A DNA stretch of 64,000 nucleotides, from positions 2,480,001-2,544,000 of the forward strand of contig JAMWBK010000001.1 in assembly GCA_029953675.1 (NCBI GenBank), in the 5' to 3' direction. This document shows positions 45,001-57,671 of this stretch, in pieces. The position numbers and the translations under genes are program-made. Under the pieces are notes generated by a model. It made no database searches. It was not told the origin of the DNA and saw only the letters and a program-made list of their open reading frames with translations. The first letter of the stretch is position 1. Every line of letters begins with the position of its first letter. Origin of the DNA: Rhodosorus marinus CCMP1338 (Eukaryota; Plantae; Rhodophyta).

Positions 45001-47305
45001 GCCCTGCTATTCGCCCTATTGGCCTGGTTGAGGTGGTCCGCAAATTGGCGGCGCGATGGTTAGTGAAAATCCTGGTTCCCGAATCCCGCCGTTTCTTTGG
45101 GCACGTGCAGTTAGGCGTGGGCTATCGTGGTGGCTGTGAGTTGTTGTCTGTTTTACTCCGTTCGGAAATGGCGTACTCCCCAGATTCTGGGCTCCTCTCT
45201 GTAAATTTTACCAATGCGTTCAACCGCGTCTCTCGTCCGGCTCTCATGCACGTGGTGCGCGAAGTCTTCCCTGTAGGCTTTCCCTTTGTTAGTAGACTTT
45301 ATTCTCCGCTTGGTCGTGGGGCTACCTATGACACCCTTGGCGCTTCCTCACACACGTTTGCGGCGCGCACAGGGGTACAACAGGGTGATCCCTTGTCCCC
45401 TTTCCTACATGCCTGTGGACTACAACTCGTCTTGCTTTGTCTTCGCTCCGAATTCCCGCAGGTTCGTACGGTTGCATACCACGACGACGTGTGCCTCCTG
45501 GGGCCCCCTGATACTCTAGCACTCGCTTATGATCGTCTCCGCTCCTTGGCTTCGCGGGTTGACCTGGAGGTTAATCATCACAAATCGTTCTACTGGGGAG
45601 GTGTAGCTGCACAAGAGCAGCAGGTACCTGCGTCGTTCCAGGATATTTTGAGACCGGATGGTTTTGTCCACTTAGGCATCCCCTACGGGTCGCCGTCCTT
45701 CGTTGAAGGCGAGTTGCTGCAGCTCCTCGGTAAGCACAGACAGCTGGTTGCAGAGCTTCGACGGCTACCTCCGGGCTTTCTCCAGTGCTCGTTGTTGCTG
45801 TTTCGGTATTGTTGCAGTCAGCGGTTAACCTATTGGCTCCGCTCACTTCCAACTCATTGGGGCCGGTGGTTGGCCACTCGTGCGGATGCTGAAAGTTTCC
45901 GTGACCTTGGGTATTTTCTCGATGAAGAGCTGAGCGCTCTGCCGCGACCCACCTGTGATGTTGTGCGCGCCCAGGTAGGCCTCCCATTGCGATTGGGGGG
46001 ACTGGGCCTCTGCAATCGTGTTGTGGTCCAACCTGCAGCTGCAGTAGGGGCCTGGGGAACCGCACTTCCCACTTTGAGCAGCTTGGATATCTCGAAGTTC
46101 CGCAATTTGATGGCGAGCCTCTCGCGGGGTGTCTTGCTTCCCAGCGTACCGGAAAGCGCCCAAGACTTGTTTCTGGAGCTCCAAACCGCCTTGAATTCCT
46201 GTACTAGTCTCCCCGAAACCGTTCAACCCCGTCTTTCTGACTGGCGAGCTGTATTTGACCGCTCTCGAGGCTCCGCCTCGGGGATTCGTCCTGCGCCTGA
46301 ACCTGTTCTAGGGGAGATTGACCCAGTGGTTGCCGCAGAAGAAGAAGTTCCAGTTGATCCTCCTGATGATTCCCAGCGCGCTGGGAGCCGAGCTCAAGCA
46401 CGCACGGATGCGCTGCAAAATATCCTTTCTTGGGACTTGCACCGTGCTGCATATGGCCGACTCCTCGCGCAGATGGTCTCATCTTCTCGCGCTCGCGCCC
46501 GCCTACGTAGTCTTGGAGGGGTTATTAGCTCTCAGTGGCTCATGACCGTACCAGCCTTTCCGCCACTCACACTGTCGGATTTCGAAGTGCGTACTTCACT
46601 GCGCTTATACCTCGGCTTACATCAGCCCCCTTGGCCGTACGAGATGGGTTCGTCGTGCCCTCTCTGCTCTCAGACTGAAGACAACGCAGATTTTGGCGCC
46701 CACCTGCTCGCTAGTTGCCCGGCGGTGAAAGGTGCTCGAACCCGCCGCCACACACGGATCTTGAACCTGTTATACCGGGAACTTCGGCCTATAGTCCGGC
46801 AAGCCGGTCTGGAAATCGAACGTGAGAAACCTTTACCCGTCGCGGACTTTCAAAATGATGAACGCCGTGTAGCCGACCTGGTGATCACCTGTGACGACAG
46901 CCGCCGTACCACATACGTTGATCTTGCTGTTCCTAACCCTCAAGCTAGTCGTTATCTCCCGGCTGCGGGGGAGCGCCGTGGATCTGCCGCCGCCAGCATG
47001 AGACGCCGCAAAGAGATCAAATACGCGGGGGCTTATTCTTCCCCTGGTGTTCGTGCTTCGGCACTAGCACATCGCTTGGTACCCCTGATCATTGAGTGCT
47101 TTGGGTTCATGGACTCTGTTGGTTCTCGCTGGCTTCGGGAGTTGTTCCGCGAACGCGCTGACCGTCTTCAATCGTTGTTTACAAGCTTAAGTTTCCTGCT
47201 GTGGCGCATGAATGCCGCTTTGATGTTGGAGGCGCGAGTTCTTCGCCGCACTTAGTCTTTTTTTCTCCTCGGGGTTTTTTCTTTCAGCCTCCGATTAAAC
47301 CATTC
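42085..47305 (+). mobile_element. Family B full-length copy, pseudogenised
   Basis: It has the same 5' end as 22399. ORF1 (42325-43624) is frameshifted near 43360. ORF2 from 43617 has TGA at 43854, an A1 insertion and TAG at about 44940. Confidence 0.9.
44009..44489 (-). mobile_element. Family A1 3' end inserted antisense in B ORF2, 14 bp TSD
   Basis: GAACGTCTTTATTT occurs at 43995-44008 and 44490-44503. Confidence 0.93.
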
Positions 47306-47454
47306 TTCTTGAGGCGTTTAAGTGTCTCCCTTTGGCGATATTCCAGCCACATGCTTTCCGAGGCGCGCCATTGGCGCCTGGGGTTGCATGCTTCCCTCCC
47401 TAGTTATTAGTTCATCTTCACGCCTTGCGTAGCGCTTCAGGCTATGCTAGTAAA
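47306..47454 (+). mobile_element. Family A1 3' end (about 150 bp) fused directly to the B tail
   Basis: ...AAACCATTC-TTCTTGAGGCGTTTAAG...GCTATGCTAGTAAAG. Confidence 0.85.
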
Positions 47455-49393
47455 GTTTTCAAGCACATACTGGCGTCCAACAAGGCGACCCTTGCGGACC
47501 TCTTCTTCATGCCTGTGCCCTACAGCTCGTACTTTTACGTCTTTCGACTGAGGTCTCGGATCTTCGAATCTGCGCGTACCACGATGACGTAACATTGCTG
47601 GGCACCCCTAACACCCTGGCTAGGGGACTGACCGCGATCGAAGCGATTGCACGTCGCGTCGGTTTGACTGTGGAAACAGAAAATTGTCGCTTTCTCCCCC
47701 CGAGGGACGTGTCGCTGAACTCTCTGCCACCCACTCTGCGACTAATCAGCGAACGTGAAGGGTTCGAACACCACGGCGTCGGATTGGGGACTGACAACTT
47801 TGTCCAAGCATCCTGCGAGCGAGTTTTGGCACGGCACAAGCAACTCACCGACGCCATTGAGCACCTACCCGACAGCATGCTGCAATCGGCCTGCTTGCTT
47901 TCCCGCTTTTGTGCCGGTCCCAGACTCAACTACTGGTTGCGCAGCCTGCCTCCAGCTTGGGGCTCGTGGATCGCGGCTAAAGCCGACGAGATGACCCTGC
48001 AACACTGGGGAACGCTCTTGGATGAGCCCCTCGATCTTGAAGCTGCTCCTGACAGGGACTTTATTCGTGCACAGATCGCTCTACCGTTGCGATTAGGGGG
48101 ATTCGGCGTCGCAGACCGTGGGCTGGTATGCTCGCCAGCGGCGGTTGCCTCCTGGGCTACCGCGCTGCGAACGTTGGTGACCTTCCGGATGCGAAGTGCC
48201 TGCCTCTTGGCTCGAGCTTTGACCAACGAGGATCCAGTGACCCTGCCGCCCCCGCTTTTGACAATTTATGATGGTCTTCAACACGCGTTCAGGAGGTGCA
48301 ACGCCGTGCCGGGCGCAAATCGGTCCCGCTTTCGTTCCTGGAGGGAGCTGTTATGGGGACGAGCTGAAGCGATTGAGGATTGTCCCCTCGACCGATGACG
48401 GAGAGGCTAGCCCCGGGTCCCCTGTTGCAGACTACCCGGGTTTGAGCCGATTGTGGAGCTCCCGCACTGATGTGATTCAACATAGCCTCACCTGGGGCCA
48501 ACACAGTGCCGCTCACACAGTCATGCTCAATTCTCCTCTCACGCCGCCTACCACTGCCGCTCGTCTCCGCGGCATGGGAGGCCACCTCTCGCACTTGTGG
48601 TTAACCACTCTACCGTCGTCATTGAGTCATCGTCTCGATGCTTTCCAGTTCCGTTCTGCCGCACGGATCTATCTCGGTTTGCCACAGGCTCCGTGGCACT
48701 CTAATCGGCCGTCTTTCTGTCAGGGATGTGAGAGCCGGATTGACGTTTGTGGCTACCACTTCCTGGGTTCCTGCGGACTGTTACGAGGTCTCCGTACGAG
48801 GCGTCACACTCGCCTCAAGTACATCCTCAGCGAATCTTTGACTCGGATAGGGCATACGGTTGAGGTTGAGTCGGAACTGCCCAGATCCACCTCGGACTCT
48901 GCACCGCCCCGTTGTATAGCCGATCTCCTCGTCTCCGACGCTGCTGCCAGACGCTCAACATATGTGGACCTTGCGATTACCTGCCCCGTGGCCAGCGCCC
49001 ACCTCACCGCAGCCGCCCGCCGCCATGGGGCCGCGGCTTCAGCCCTTCGAAGAGTTAAGGAACGACGGTATGCTGAGAGCATGGCCAGTCTGCCTTGCGC
49101 TGAGGGTCGCTCTCACCGGTTCCAGCCATTCATTGTGGAAAGCTTTGGTCACGTGGATAAGTCGGGTTTAGAGTGGTTGCGGAAATGTTTTGCTGAGCAT
49201 CCTACTGAATATTTGGCGCTCTTGAGGCGTTTAAGTGTCTCCCTTTGGCGATATTCCAGCGACATGCTTTCCGAGGCGCGCCATCGGCGCCTGGGGTTGC
49301 ATGCTTCCCTCCCTAGTTATTAGTTCATCTTCACGCCTTGCGTAGCGCTTCAGGCTATGCTAGTAAAGTCCAGTAAAGTCCAGTAAAGTCCAG
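47455..49393 (+). mobile_element. Family A1 5'-truncated copy (RT to the end), with an 11 bp deletion near 48393
   Basis: Near-identical to 19050-20970 and ends in (AGTAAAGTCC)3. Confidence 0.92.
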
Positions 49394-50200
49394 TAGATCC
49401 TTGCGGCGGAGCGGAACTGGAAGGCATCGAGACAGTGACCCGGCGACGAAGCCAGGTTAACCACAGGTGCGAGGGATGGCCTCTGATGCCGCGAAGGCGA
49501 GCGGCGGTGGTAGGCGGTGTGAGGGGATAGTTGAGCAAGATTGCGTGAACGGCACTGTGCTGGGCCCAGGTGAGGCTATGTTGAATCACATCAGTGCGGG
49601 AGCTCCATAATCGGCTCAGACCTGGGTAATCTGCAACGGGTGACCCGGGGCTAGCTTCTCCCTCATCGGCAAGAACTCTGTCAATGGGTGAGGTCTCAAT
49701 CGCCTCAGTTGGTCCCTGTGGCAGTTCCCCCCAGGAGCGAAAACGGGATCAATTGTCGCCCGGCACGGCGTTGCACTTCCGGAACGCCTGTTCCAGACCA
49801 TCATAGATCGTCAAAAACTGGGGCGAAAGGGTCACTGGGTCCTCGCTAGTCAGTGCTCGAGCCAAGATGCACACTTTGTATCCGGAAAGTCACCAAGGTA
49901 AGGAGCGCGGTTGCCCAGGAGGCGACCGCCGCAGGCGAGCAGACGAGTCCCCGATCTGCGACACCAAATCCCCCTAAGTGCAACGGTAGAGCGAGCTGGG
50001 CACAAATTAAGTCCCTGTCGGGATGCGCTTCAAGATCGAGGGGTTCATCCAAGAGCGTTCCCCAGTGGTTCAGCGTCATCTAGTCGGCCTTGGCGGCGAT
50101 GCATGAACCTCAGTCGGGTGGTAGGCTACGCAACCAGTAGTTGAGTCGGGGACCGGCACAAAAGCGGGAACGCAAGCACGCCGATTGCAGCATGCTGTCT
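49394..50200 (-). mobile_element. Internal A2 ORF2 fragment, degenerate
   Basis: The minus strand reads HWGTLLDEPLDLEA...LPLHLGGFG...IQHSLTW. Confidence 0.82.
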
Positions 50201-50204
50201 GGAA

Positions 50205-53200
50205 GGAGGGCATGTCGGTGGAGGACGCCCCTACTACTTTGCTGAAGCCCGCGAGAGCTATCCCGCGAGCCTCGCGGAGTGGGCGGCTTACCACTTTGGT
50301 GAGGTTAGGCGGAAAACGTGCGAGGACCGACTCCCCCGGGTCTAAGGGGGAGAAGCACGATTAGCTCCCCGGGCACGGCTGCGAGATCGCAGCCGATGGA
50401 TTTGACAGTCCTATGTCGTGAAGGAGGGCGGAGACTGGGGTATTTGGCGTACGCGTTTACGAAGTTGGCTCCGGCGTTGGATGTCTTTGGAAGGAGGCTT
50501 GCTTCCCCTGCATGGCAGGATTCCGCCTGTCGTCTTACCTCGCGGCGAGCTCTCAGTGGCTGGGACCATCCTGGACTTCATTTTCACGAGCCTGGCACGT
50601 AACCTTCGGGACACCGTCATGTAGGAATTTCTGGGGGTCATGCCGCGCGTGATTCTGGCCCCAACACACACGCCGGAGCGCAGATGGCGTGTCCGAGATC
50701 GGCTGGCGATGTTCCTGAAAGGGGAGTTCGAGGCGTTGCAGCAAAGCTACTTGGCGTCGTTGGACCCATCCGTTCGTCCGACTCGGGCTGGAACCGTCCT
50801 GCCCCTGACGGCTCGAGCACAGAAATTGGTAGCAGTGAGCGACTTGAGTCGAGCGGCACGGGTCCTGGAGGGCCAGGCGCCTGTCCTCCCCTAGGAAGAA
50901 AGTCTTGCCCGGACGGTGTCGTCTCTGTTCCCCTCGTCCGCCGTGGACTTGCTACCCGAGTTTGAGGCATTATTGGACCGTCCGGAGTTGGCCCGGTTTC
51001 AAATCGACCTTACACTCAACGAGTCTCACCTAGAGGAGTTGCTTCGTACCTCGCGTCGTGGACGCTGCCCTGCACCCTCAGGGCTCCGCACCGAATTATT
51101 GCAGGTCTTGGGAAAAACTGGCCAGAGCGCGTTGCTCAAGATTCTGAACAAACTGTTCAAGGGCACGTCGGGTGGGTCTGCCCCCTGGGAACACCTCCGT
51201 CGGGCACAGCTTTGCTTGCTCACGAAGCCTGACCATCAGCCGGCCCGCCCGCGTCTCCGGCCGATCGGTATGGTCGAGAGCCTACGGAAGTTGGCCGGAA
51301 GGTGGCTATGCCAGCGCCTTCGCCAGCAGGTCACAGCTTTTATGGCGCCCTTGCAAGTGGGGGTGGGATTTTCCGGTGGTTGCGAATTGATCACCTATGG
51401 GATCGAGTTGGAGCGTGCCTGTAGGCCGGAGTGGGGAATTTTGGTGGTTGATTTTCGAAACGCATTCAACAGCATCTCGCGGACGCATGCGTTGGAGGTG
51501 ATCCGACGGGTATTTCCGGAGGCGTGGCCATTTCTCTCTGGTCTTTACGGAAGGGGGAGCCTCCCCTACTGGACCAGAGAAGGCACTGTTTTCGAAGCAC
51601 ATACTGGAGTCCAACAAGGCGATCCATGCGGGCCTCTACTTCATGCCTGTGCCCTGCAGCTCGTTCTCCGGCGTCTCGCGAATGAGGTGCCGGCTCTTCG
51701 TATCTACGCCTATCACGACGACGTGACCTTGCTGGGCGACCCTGAAAACCTCGCTCGGGGGTTGACCCAGATCGAAGTGATTGGATGTGGAGTAGGTCTG
51801 ACGGTGGAACCAGAAAAGCGTCGTTTTCTCGCTCCGAGTGAAGCTTCGATGGCCTCTCTGCCATCTAATCTACGAATCATTGGCGAATGTGAAGGGTTCG
51901 AGCACCACGGCGTCGGTTTCGGGAGCAACACCTTCGTCCAAGCCTCTTGCGAACGCGTTTTGGCTCGGCACAAGCGGCTCACTGACGCCATTGAGCGCCT
52001 TCCAGACAGTATGCTGCAATCGGCCTGCTTGCGTTCCCGCTTTTGTGCCGGTCCCCGACTCAACTACTGGTTGCGTAGCCTACCCCCCGGGTGGGGTTCA
52101 TGGATCGCCGCCAAGGCCGACGAGACGACGCTGCACCACTGGGGCACGCTCTTGCTTCAAGATCGAGGGGATGAACCCCTCGATCTTGAAGCTGCGCCGG
52201 ACAGGGATTTAATTCGTGCCCAGCTCGCTCTCCCATTGCGAATAGGGGGGTTTGGCGTCGCAGACCGGGGCCTCGTCTGCTCGCCTGCGCCGGTCGCCTC
52301 CTGGGCTACCGCGCTCCGTACCCTGGTGACTTTTCGGAAGCGAAGTGCCTGCCTTTTGGCCAGAGCACTGACCAACGAAGAGCCCGTGGCCCTTCCGCCA
52401 CCGCTTTTGAGTATCTATGATGCTCTGCAACAGGCGTTCAGTAAGTGCAAAGCCGTGCCGGACGAGAGCCGATCCAGATTTCGCTCCCGGAAGGAGCTGT
52501 TATGGGGACGAACTGAGGCGATTGAGGACTCTCCCATCGACAGAGTACTCGCCGACGAGGGGGCAGCCAGCCCCGGGTCACCGGTTGCCGATTACCCGGG
52601 TCTGAGCCGATTGTGGAGCTCGCGCACTGATGTACTGATGTGATTCAACATAGCCTCACCTGGGGCCAACACAGCGCCGCTCAAGCAATCTTGCTCAACT
52701 CTCCCCTCACACCGCCTACCACCGCCGCTCGCCTCCGCGGCATGGGAGGCCATCTATCACATTTGTGGTTAACGACCCTGCCGTCATCACTGGGTCCCCG
52801 TCTGGATGCCTTCCAGTTTCGCTCCGCCGCACGGATTTACCTGGGTTTGCCACAAACCCCGTGGCACTCTAATCGGTCGTCTTTCTGTCAGGGATGTGAG
52901 AGTCGGATCGATGCTTGTGGTTACCATTTCTTAGGTTCATGCGGACTGTTGAGAGGTCTTCGTACGAGGCGTCACACTCGCTTCAAGTACATCCTCAGCG
53001 AATGTTTGACTCGGGTAGGGCATACGGTTGAGTTGGAATCGGAACTACCCAGATCGTTCTCGGATAGGGCACCGCCGCGCTGTATCGCAGATCTCCTTGT
53101 CTCCGATGCTGCCGCCAGACGCGCAGTTTATGTTGACCTCGCGATTACATGCCCTATGGCAAGCGCCCATCTCACGGCCGCCGTTCGCCGCCGGGGAGCA

Positions 53201-53550
53201 GCTGCTTCGGCCCTTCGCCGAGTGAAAGAACGACGGTATGCCGAGAGTATGGCTAGTCTGCCTCGCGCTGAGGGTCGCTCACACCGGTTCCAGCCTTTCA
53301 TTTTGGAAAGCTTTGGTCACGTGGAGAAGTCGGGTTTAGAGTGGTTGCGGAAATGTTTCAGTGAGCATCCTGTTGAATACTTGGAACTTTTGCGGCGTTT
53401 AAGTGTCTCTCTGTGGCGATATTCGAGCAGCATGCTTGCCGAGGCGCGCCATCGGCGCCTGGGTTTGCACGCTTCCCTACCTAGTTCTTAGTTCCTTTTC
53501 ACGGTTTGCGTAGCGTTTCAGGCCAGTAAAGTCCAGTAAAGCCAGTTAAA
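50205..53550 (+). mobile_element. Family A2 5'-truncated copy (ORF1 C-terminus plus ORF2 50396-53491 with stops and frameshifts)
   Basis: All RT, knuckle and RLE motifs are present. There are TAG codons at about 50622 and 50892 and an 8 bp tandem duplication at about 52626. Confidence 0.9.
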
Positions 53551-53854
53551 GACAAAGCTCAAAAACTACCATCTTCGGCAGGTGCAGAGTTTCGGCAAAG
53601 TCGTTGCGGTCAGGCCGAACCAGCTCCGCGTACCATGTCCTGCGGCCTTGAGTTTCCTTGATCATCCCTAAAAAACTTCCACTGGTTGCGTGGATCAAGT
53701 GGTGGTTTTACGTGGATCAAGTGCTCTACGATATAACGAAATAGTTCAATTTACTAAAATGCCTTGACTGCGATGTGTGAGGGGTTGCTTCAAACGGTTT
53801 GACGCAAACGCTAGAATACGATCTTCAAGTGGACGTGTCACCACACTGGACGGT

Positions 53855-55414
53855 CTAGTTCCGATACGTAAATGTGATATCTACGTATCTACCACAACTC
53901 GAAGAATCGCAAATGCGCTCGCTTCTTGTTCCAGAGAACGGTACGCCGACGTAAACTATCTTGGTGGGGAGCAACTGATCATCCCGACCGTTTAAGAATC
54001 CATCCGAGTCCATAACTTCAATTCGCATGCTGACCCACGAACGATAGCCAAAGAAGAGGTTCTGGTTCCAGTTCGGGTTGTGGTCACCACCCTTCTCTGA
54101 AGTCCTTAGAGACAGGGACTTACTGTCGATGTCGTAGGCGGTAACTCTAGCGTACGGATCAGAGTTTCCAGCTCCAAAGCCGTCCCTGTCTGGAAGGTTT
54201 CGACCTCTTATAACTTGGACTTGCAGCAGCCCAATGGCCCGCTCGCATCGTTCGCCTGTGAAACCTCGCTTGCAGAGGCAAGTGAAGTCCGCGACTTGGT
54301 CAACACACGTAGCTCCGTTGAGACAGGGATTGGGTGCGCACTCATCCCTATCTTCAATCAGCTCCGTACGGAACGTTGCGTACCTGGAACAGGAATCAGG
54401 AGTGCCACAGACGCTCCGTAGCAGGTTTCCCCCGTACAATTGAATCAGCTGTTCGTGCACTATGACATCGTCCGCGCCGGTGAAAATGGAGCCATCGCGG
54501 TCCATGACCTGAACTCGCAAGTATTGCCACTTTCCATTCCCGAAATCAATCCTTTCGTTCCACGTCGGGGAGTTGTCGTTGCTAATCACTCTTGTGGTTC
54601 GAACTATGGAGTGTCCATCTTCATCCACCGCCGTTACTCTCATGAATGGATCCGACTTGACGGAGCTGAAGCAGCAGCCATCGTGGTTGGGGAAGTGGTA
54701 GCCTTGGAGAGCGGTGACCGCAAGACGCCCTTCTCTTCCGTCATTCGGGCACTCATACATGCGGTTGACGGTGAGAATGTCGAGGAAAGTCAGGTCTGTA
54801 GAACCCCCGAGAGAGTTGCCAAAGACTCTCTGAAGCGTGTCCTGTCCGTTCTTGCTGAAGAACGCTTTGCCGTAGTGCATGATCGAAGCATAGTCGTAGT
54901 AGAGTCCCTGGTTGTCAACGTTATGCCAGGACTCCTTATCGAAATTATGTCCTTTTCCGGACTGAATGTTTTGCGAGAACACCCTGACAAATCTGTCTCT
55001 GTCTGGGCGCATCTGCTCGTGGAAGAGACCAAGAGCGTGTCCAATTTCATGAAGCGAGATTGAGGTTGTGCTGCTGAATCCATCGTTGCATGCTGGGCCC
55101 AAGTTGATCTTCTGCCGGCCTCCGCGACGTCCGATATCGGTTGAGTAGCAGGATGAGTCGTCACTCTGGAACAATATCCTGTCGTGCGCGTATCTTGACT
55201 CGATAAACCTTAGGCAAGTTGCACTTTCATATCTGTCCATTGCGTTGCGGACATTGGTCATCGTATGTAGTGGGACACCGATGTCGAACTCATAGTAAAC
55301 CCTCCGAGAAGGCCACCTCTTGCTCTTGTCACGGATGGATGCTGTTGCAGCTGCCCACCAGGTGATCGAAGCCAGGAGCAACAGGGTCAACACGAAGTTT
55401 GAGTTGGGTTGCAT
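53855..55414 (-). CDS. Secreted astacin-family (M12A) zinc metalloprotease with C2 - EGF - C2 domains (519 aa)
   Basis: ATG at 55414 (MQPNSNFVLTLLLLASITWWAAA, a signal peptide); the ORF-track start is TTG. Motifs: HEIGHALGLFHE zinc motif, SIMHY Met-turn, two C2-like blocks (SDPF/Y...NSPTWNE / NPNWNQ...V.D.D) and a six-Cys EGF (DECAPNPCLNGATCVD...CLCKRGFTGERCE). Intronless. Confidence 0.9.
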   Translation of the reverse strand: MQPNSNFVLTLLLLASITWWAAATASIRDKSKRWPSRRVYYEFDIGVPLHTMTNVRNAMDRYESATCLRFIESRYAHDRILFQSDDSSCYSTDIGRRGGRQKINLGPACNDGFSSTTSISLHEIGHALGLFHEQMRPDRDRFVRVFSQNIQSGKGHNFDKESWHNVDNQGLYYDYASIMHYGKAFFSKNGQDTLQRVFGNSLGGSTDLTFLDILTVNRMYECPNDGREGRLAVTALQGYHFPNHDGCCFSSVKSDPFMRVTAVDEDGHSIVRTTRVISNDNSPTWNERIDFGNGKWQYLRVQVMDRDGSIFTGADDVIVHEQLIQLYGGNLLRSVCGTPDSCSRYATFRTELIEDRDECAPNPCLNGATCVDQVADFTCLCKRGFTGERCERAIGLLQVQVIRGRNLPDRDGFGAGNSDPYARVTAYDIDSKSLSLRTSEKGGDHNPNWNQNLFFGYRSWVSMRIEVMDSDGFLNGRDDQLLPTKIVYVGVPFSGTRSERICDSSSCGRYVDITFTYRN

Positions 55415-57636
55415 TTTTGTCCTTGTACCAGAAAACCGAAGATATAGCGATCCTTCCTTTGCAGACTGCTTGCTCGGTGATGCAGCCTCTCTCAAAAGTC
55501 ATAGCCAACGGGTTCTTATACCCTCCGAGTTGTCTTCCTCGTCACTGGAGGAGCTGCCGCTTACGATTTGATGAGAAAACCAGCTTCCGCACAGATGAGG
55601 GCGGGGTGATGACTCAGCTGGCTAACTGCTAAGCGGGGCTCCGTATCTGGCAAGTTGGCTTGATCCTGGTAGGAAGTGACTGATTCGACGTTTTGAACTC
55701 TAGAGCAGGTTGTGCAACTCCGGAATTGTCAACAAATTGACACTGCGTATAGGCCTATGTTGCTGCAGGGCCTGATCAGCTGGTTGGAGTCCTGAGTGGA
55801 GGTGCGCCGATAGTGCAGAGCTTGGAAGACGTCTTCAACATCGAAATCATTGTTTCACGGTTGATTACGGGTGATTGCTCGCGCAACCTCTCGCGTACCC
55901 CGACTGATAAGGACCGAGCTGGCAAGCCTGTCGCTCAACCATAGACAGAATTTCACCCTACTTCAACCTAATACAAGAATTTCGAAACAATCCATCCATC
56001 CACCCATGTGGCTACTCAATCACTTGCGACGAGACCAACGAAGCGGCGCTGTCAAGGGAGGCTTGGGCGCACATCAATCTCCAGCGTCGACGGAGTTCCT
56101 TGGATAAGTTCGTGGTATGTATCTAATGGAATGAATTTGTTTAATCGGAGACTGAAAGAGAAAACCCCGATCTAATTCGTGTTCCCAAGTAGCCTTCGAG
56201 GTCCGGAAGCACACCGTCCGCCTGAATCCAAACTTAGTGGTGGTTTACTAGAACAAATATACAATTTACGATGATGTACGCAGAATTCAAACCGCCACTT
56301 CAACCATGGCGGGCATGGCCTTAGTGGCTGCGATATTCCGACTCCAACCCGGCCCAAGCACGGCGAACACAATACCTTTGCGGGATCGCTTGTTGTGAAA
56401 TTGGGGACGAGGTATTCAGTGCGGGAGGGCGACTAATGATGTACAAACAGAGGACCGTTGACCAATCTCCGTGCGTGTCAGCAGTGTTCAGAGAATCAGT
56501 CACCATCGTTAAGAGCTCACCTCAAGACCCCCCAAAATAATAAGCCACCTCAACAATTCATTCAAACCGAGCACCAAGTCATCTCCCCCCAAAACATGAA
56601 AAACAGGTTCAAATTATTTAATAAAAACAACCTCGGAAAACGATTTTGATTGAATAAATGGATAACGATTCGCTGAGAAGAAATTATTGGTGATTATGAT
56701 TGGGTTGATCATCCGAAAAGACCTCCCCCTTATGATTATTTTGGTAATATTATCACGCCCTTCTATATTTAAATGATTATTTGGGTTGGAGGGAATTGAG
56801 ATGAAATATATAATCTTGCTTTTTTTTCAAGTATGTTCTTTAATATTTTCGTTGGTAATATTCCGGTCAACTGGCGAAATATTTTTGCCACTTCGTGTTT
56901 GGGATCCTTCGGGATCTGATTGGTTTGGCTTGTCGGGGATGAGATTCTACGCAATTCAATATTCCAACGATGATTGCCTGTTTCCACTTTTTTTCGATAA
57001 AGTGCTCGAAGGGGTGGTAAACCAACGGACTCGAAATGTTCAGGTTGGCGGTTGGGAAGGGGGGGGTGTTGATCGTGGAATATGGTTTGATTGCCTCTGG
57101 GGCACAGTGTCCCAAGAAAAAATGGGACAGTTTACAAGAACAGATTTTTAAGTTTTTGGAAATCAATGTTTTCGGCCAGAAAGCTTGTTTTTTTGGCGCT
57201 ATTTGAAAATACTCTGCTGCATCGACATACACGATCTGGCTTGGGTTGTGCAAGTGGGTACGGTTTTTAGCTGTTTACGACCGAGAAGTGGTTAAGCCCG
57301 CGAAAACAGGGGGGTTTAGATGGGTATAAACAACGAAGAACCCGACCCACTTGGCACAACCCTAATCTGGCCGGAACGTTTTGGGTACTTAAATGGGGTC
57401 GAAGGAAGAGAGTCATCCCGGACGCGAAGGGATGGCGATCTGGGGTGGGTGCCGACTGCTTGCTCAACGACTTCAGGCGGAAGGCATGGACCATCCTCTA
57501 CAGTTTGTAATGAGCTGAGGATGAAACGTCTCGCGCAACACGGCTTTTTCGAACCCCAACGGACGGACACCGTCGGTCGAGTGCATCCAGGTATAAACGG
57601 CAAGTTAAAAAAAAATAAGATTGTTTTCCATGTCAG

Positions 57637-57671
57637 TTTGCGTAGCGCTTTAGGCTATACTAATAAAACCA
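57637..57671 (+). mobile_element. 35 bp A2-type 3' end, 10 bp TSD
   Basis: TCCATGTCAG occurs at 57627-57636 and 57672-57681. Confidence 0.85.

Noticed and set aside
49394-50200. Twin-priming 5' inversion of the A2 copy at 50205
   Set aside because: The inverted piece duplicates mid-ORF2 sequence already present in the forward copy rather than lying upstream of it, so it is a separate fragment.
56500-57320. ORFs of 70-130 aa in AT-rich DNA (also 60700-61260)
   Set aside because: Low-complexity intergenic composition with no motifs and no support as genes.
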